A DNA stretch of 64,000 bases from Patescibacteria group bacterium (GTDB taxonomy: Bacteria; Patescibacteriota; Gracilibacteria; BD1-5; UBA2023): NCBI GenBank assembly GCA_049315825.1, contig JBMOJK010000005.1:521-64520 (forward strand), read 5' to 3'. Positions 60,050 to 64,000 of this stretch are shown in pieces (the first letter of the stretch is position 1; each line of letters starts with the position of its first letter). Made by a program: the position numbers and the translations under genes. Under the pieces are notes generated by a model. That model did no database searches. It had not been told where the DNA came from and saw nothing but the letters and a program-made list of their open reading frames with translations.

Positions 60050-60723
60050 TCCAAATTCAAATCTACCAATCGGAAATCCTTCGGGTTTCCGATTTTTGTA
60101 TAGTTGTCATAGAGGGCACCAGCAGCTTTCGTGAGTGAGACATTCTCGTTCTTGAGAAGAGTGGCGAGATGTGCTTCATCAACGGCTGAATCTACGCGAA
60201 TTCGCGTAATCACACCAGAATTCAGAGCGGCAACGAGTCACTTTTGATGCGTGGGCGAACGCAGTGGTGGTACGATCGAGAAAAGCTGTTCTGCGAGCAT
60301 ATACATCTCTTTGGTCGAATAAATGAGATGGTTGACGTGTATCCCAAGTGTTATCGGCGCAGAGCCAAAATCTACCACAAATGCATTGAGATCTTGGACA
60401 AAGTAGCCAAGTTCGACATAGAGATCACGAACGCGATCCGTGATGGTTTTGAGGGAGATATTTTCGATGTGGACTGGTTTCTTCGTAGTAAGTGCCTCGT
60501 CGAGTAATGCCTCAAACTTCGCAAGTTCGATCGACTCAGGATAGGCCTCACTGTATTTTTGAGGAAGGTGCTCGTCCAGTATTTCATTATTTACCTGCGT
60601 ACGGAGATAGTCCGCCATATCGAACACGGTTGCCGGATCATAACTTGTTGGGATCTGGAAACGAAAAACCCCACTCTCGCGGGGTGATGTCTGCAGGATT
60701 CGATCAGAAAAAACGCTGTGCAC
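60046..60723 (-). CDS. hypothetical protein (225 aa) downstream of the ZIP transporter gene
   Basis: Track ORF 60238..60723 extends through TGA 60238-60240 to TAG 60046-60048. Convergent 4-nt overlap with 59759..60049. Confidence 0.5.
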
Positions 60724-61430
60724 TATTCGAAAAATTTAGCAATCACTGAAAGCCCCGTCCCGAGTACGAACATGCCGATAAGTGAGAGGTGCTTATGAGA
60801 ATCCTTGTGTACAAGTGGAAGGAGATCTGAAGCCCCGATATACAAGAGGCTTCCTCCGGCAAATGCGAGCGGATATGCGAGTAATTCTTCAGATAAACCA
60901 CCGAGCATTCGGAGTGCAAGTAGTGCCCCAAGAGGCGCCGCAAGTGCAAAGAGTGCAAAGAGGATGGTTCGCTTCTTATCATCGAAATGAGCACGCTTCG
61001 AGAGTCCAGCAAGCGAAAGAGAAACTGGGATTTGATGCACGAGCACCCCGAGCGTGACGAGCATCCCGAGTTCAGGTCCGGATGAGAATCCTGCCCAGAT
61101 CCCTACTCCATCAAAGAGCGTATGAACGATCAATCCACTAAACGACCAGAGCGAAAGCGAATGGAAGTGACAATGATCTTCCACACACGGATGAACGATG
61201 CTTGCATTTTCTAGGATATAGACCACCAAGAATCCGAGCAAGAATGCATACACCGCATGCGGATTGATACTGATGGCCTCTGGATAGATGTGCACAAGCG
61301 CCACACTCGTCATCGCTCCTGCACCAAGGGCAATGAGTTCCAACGAGAGAGACTCGATGAATTTGGTGCGCGAAAGTAACAGTCCCGCCAGACTTGCAAT
61401 GAGCACGAGAACGAGAGAAACAAAAATCAT
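60723..61430 (-). CDS. ZIP-family divalent metal (zinc) transporter
   Basis: Eight TM segments. HTLFDGVGIWAGF and VLVHQIPVSL motifs typical of ZupT-like proteins. Confidence 0.82.
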   Translation of the reverse strand: MIFVSLVLVLIASLAGLLLSRTKFIESLSLELIALGAGAMTSVALVHIYPEAISINPHAVYAFLLGFLVVYILENASIVHPCVEDHCHFHSLSLWSFSGLIVHTLFDGVGIWAGFSSGPELGMLVTLGVLVHQIPVSLSLAGLSKRAHFDDKKRTILFALFALAAPLGALLALRMLGGLSEELLAYPLAFAGGSLLYIGASDLLPLVHKDSHKHLSLIGMFVLGTGLSVIAKFFE

Positions 61431-61478
61431 GGAGGTATTGTATAAAAAGCAGGGATTTCGCAAGCGGAGTGCTTTTGG

Positions 61479-62447
61479 CTATTTCATGAACATGACATTC
61501 GGTGCATTAGTCGCTTCATCGAGCGATCGGCGGATCGCCATTTCATCCATATTTTTTCCGATGAAGACAATCTTACTCTGTGTATCCTTTTGTCGTGACT
61601 CGTCCGTATCTGGAACCATGGTCATGCGCGCGCCCGTTCGCTGAAGAACAAATCTCCCATGACCAAAAATGCACACAAATCCCTTTACTCGGAATACGTC
61701 ATTGTCGAGCGCGTCAAAGAAATCTCGAAGATCGTCTGCTACGAATGGCTTATCGGATTTATAGAGGAATTGTGTAATCCCATTGTTATGATCGTGCCCC
61801 TGGGTATCGAGCTCTGTAAGACCCTCTTCGATTGCTTCTGTGCGCTCAAATCGATCAGAATCCATAAGATAGCGCATATCTACCTCACCTCGTACCGCTT
61901 CGACGATCGTTGCATAGAAATTCACTCGTCGGATAACCTCTTTGATCTCGACGATGCGACTTGGCTCTGCAAGATCTGCCTTATTGATGATCACAAAATC
62001 TGCAAATTCGATCTGTTCGAGGGTTGTTTTGATATCAGTCATTACCTTTGCTTCGAAATTCTCAGCATCTACCAGACAGATAATCGAGTCGAGTTTTACT
62101 CGTCCTTCCATGTCCTGCATGAGGAAACTCTGCGCGATCGGGAGTGGTTCTGACATCCCAGAAGCCTCGATGATAATATGATCGATCTCACGCCCTGAGT
62201 TCAAAAGTCGATCGATCGCTGAGATGAAATCCTTGCGCACTACACAGCAAATACATCCATTGTTAATCTCAATGATTTCTTCGTCGGTGCGCTCGATGAG
62301 ATCACCGTCGACTCCTTCTTCTCCGAACTCATTTTCGACGATTGCGATTTTGCGACCGTTTGCGTTACGGATGATGTGGTTGAGGAGCGTGGTTTTCCCA
62401 GCGCCGAGAAATCCTGTGAGGATCGTGATAGAAACAGGTGATTTCAT
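61479..62447 (-). CDS. COG0523 (CobW/ZigA/YeiR-like) metallochaperone GTPase, paralog 1
   Basis: ATG 62447. GFLGAGKTT Walker A, CICC metal motif, VINKADL. Confidence 0.85.
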   Translation of the reverse strand: MKSPVSITILTGFLGAGKTTLLNHIIRNANGRKIAIVENEFGEEGVDGDLIERTDEEIIEINNGCICCVVRKDFISAIDRLLNSGREIDHIIIEASGMSEPLPIAQSFLMQDMEGRVKLDSIICLVDAENFEAKVMTDIKTTLEQIEFADFVIINKADLAEPSRIVEIKEVIRRVNFYATIVEAVRGEVDMRYLMDSDRFERTEAIEEGLTELDTQGHDHNNGITQFLYKSDKPFVADDLRDFFDALDNDVFRVKGFVCIFGHGRFVLQRTGARMTMVPDTDESRQKDTQSKIVFIGKNMDEMAIRRSLDEATNAPNVMFMK

Positions 62448-62457
62448 AGTATTTTTA

Positions 62458-63675
62458 TTAAACATTTTCGTGCATCCAGGCAGGCCAATTGTCTGTGTAA
62501 GTTGCCCAGATTTCAGGGCCTTGGGCAAACTCTTCATCCGTGAGCAGAGCATCATCGAGGAGTTTCTCCATATATGGACGATTCTCGTTGATGGAGATGA
62601 TTACAAGCTCTTGTCTACGATCTGCATATGGCTCGTGTGCAAAGTCCTCAAGTTCCGCAAGGATATCTGGATAATCATCCAGCTCTTCACGAGCAAAACT
62701 CCCCGCCCATCGTCCAGCAGGATCGACCTTCACCGATCCGCCTGCCTGCCCCCAGCTTCCAGCAATATCATTGCGTGAGGCGAGCCAAAAAATCCCCTTG
62801 GACCGGATTACCCCTGGCCAATCCGCATTTGCTACTGCAAGGAAACGTTCTGGGTGAAACGGGCGATTACGACGATATACGAATGAGGTGATGCCGTAAG
62901 ATTCTGACTCCGGAGTGTGCGCTGCATGTCCACCTTCTTCGAGTTCTTTTCTCCAAAGTGGACTCGCTTCTGCTCGCTCAAAATCAAACAGTCCTGTGTT
63001 TACAATTTCTGCAAAATCTATCGCTCCGTGATTCGTTTCGATGTATTTCGCAGTTGGCTGGAGTCCTTTCAATATCTTACGAATGGTAGTTTTCTGATCT
63101 TCATCGAGAGAATCAATCTTATTCACAACAAGCACATCACAGAACTCGATCTGTTCCACAAGAAGATCAACGATATTGCGATGATCGTTTTCATCGGTCG
63201 CAATTCCTCGGGCAACGAGGTCTTCCTGACTCGAGAAGTCTTTTAGGAAATTGAGCGCATCTACGACGGTCACCATCGTATCAAGCTTGGCATACTGCGT
63301 GAGATCAATCCCCGTTTCTTCATCTACATAACTAAATGTTTGAGCGATAGGCACAGGTTCAGCAATCCCCGTAGATTCCACGATAATCGCGTCGTATTCC
63401 CCGTGTTCGGCGATGCGCTTCACTTCGTTCAAGAGATCACCACGAAGCGTACAGCAGATGCAACCATTCGTCATCTCGACAAGTGTTTCCTCAGTGCGAG
63501 AGAGTGAAATATCGCTCTTCACAAGCTGTGCATCGACATTGATTTCGCTCATGTCATTGACGATGAGTGCTACTTTATAGCCTGCGCGATTGTGGAGGAT
63601 ATGAGTCAAAAGTGTGGTCTTTCCTGCTCAGAGAAAACCAGAGAGAACCGTAACGGGGATTGGATGTTTGGACAT
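62458..63675 (-). CDS. COG0523 metallochaperone GTPase, paralog 2
   Basis: ATG 63673-63675. Walker A GFL-G-AGKTT with TGA 63628-63630 on the Gly that the paralog spells with GGN. CICCT motif, VVNKID. Confidence 0.87.
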
Positions 63676-63736
63676 AAAAAATGAAGGTATTTCTGGGAGT
63701 ATACACGAGCTGTCAAGGGTTTTGGGACTTTTCGCA

Positions 63737-64000
63737 TTAAAATGTCTTCCCGTGGTGATATTTTGACCCCTTCCAAATCTCTTTAGAACGATAGATTTGT
63801 TCGAGCAGTATGAGGTAAGCGAGAGAATGTGGCAAAGTCAGTGCTCCGAGCGAAAATGTTCACTCGACATACGGAGCGATCAATTCGCGCTCTACCCCAA
63901 AAGCCCCGCCTATCAAGAATGCTACATTCTCAGCCTGATCGAGTTTCCCCCGAAGCATACTCGCAAGTTCTAGAGTCGAAAATTTCTTTCCAAACTCGTC
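63737..64000 (-). CDS. rlmH: 23S rRNA (pseudouridine1915-N3)-methyltransferase RlmH, C-terminal part (gene starts beyond window end)
   Basis: ...VAFLIGGAFGV...E-G-TFSLGALTLPHSLAYLILLEQIYRSKEIWKGSKYHH. TGA 63860-63862. Stop TAA 63737-63739. Confidence 0.85.

Noticed and set aside
60068-60096. Terminator-like hairpin atcggaaa/tttccgat after gene 59759..60049.
   Set aside because: Once TGA 60238 is read through, the hairpin lies inside CDS 60046..60723, and it has no adjacent T-run on the plus strand.
1-64000. Apparent massive pseudogenisation, with most conserved genes split into two to five pieces in the supplied ORF track.
   Set aside because: All breaks are at TGA, mostly on conserved glycine positions. 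The pieces are in frame and a tRNA(UCA) is present, so this is genetic code 25 rather than gene decay. Only three disruptions remain unexplained: 20628-20640, 23399-23401 and the TAA at 37881.

Overview
64-kb chromosomal window from a bacterium that reads UGA as glycine (translation table 25), which points to Gracilibacteria/Absconditabacteria-type Patescibacteria (CPR). The standard-code ORF track is therefore fragmented. About 30 genes only become full length when in-frame TGA is read through, and in conserved motifs the TGA falls on invariant glycines. Every re-joined gene ends in TAA or TAG. A tRNA with anticodon UCA and glycine identity elements lies at 22862..22940, next to tRNA-Gly(GCC).

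Content is mostly housekeeping and envelope genes: PBP2/FtsI-like, pilT, grpE, pth, frr, mfd, holA, trmD, prmC, fmt, typA, rpsU, rlmH, sortase, a type IV pilin, WecA/MraY-family, DedA, an ABC exporter, a two-component system, and a ZIP plus two COG0523 zinc cluster. No rRNA, CRISPR array, transposase, integrase or prophage gene was recognised.

Accessory and unusual items:
- A UGA-free surface block at 25276..33894: a strongly promoted 245-aa secreted protein with a sortase-like C-terminal signal, followed by an operon of orphan 1311-aa, 75-aa and Cys-rich-repeat 1121-aa proteins.
- A bacterial Elp3-type tRNA U34-modification enzyme placed divergently beside the tRNA(UCA) gene.
- A candidate structured ncRNA of about 170 nt closed by an 18-bp perfect helix (25051..25224).
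- A tRNA-Gly 3-prime-end duplicate carrying a structured insertion, plus a 4 x 48-bp tandem repeat.
- An orphan Tsr-like chemoreceptor beside a pilT / cNMP-binding / TraD-like ATPase cluster.
- A secreted phospholipase D with an 891-aa orphan protein.
- Three apparently disrupted genes.

All calls rest on manual translation and motif recognition. No database search was run.
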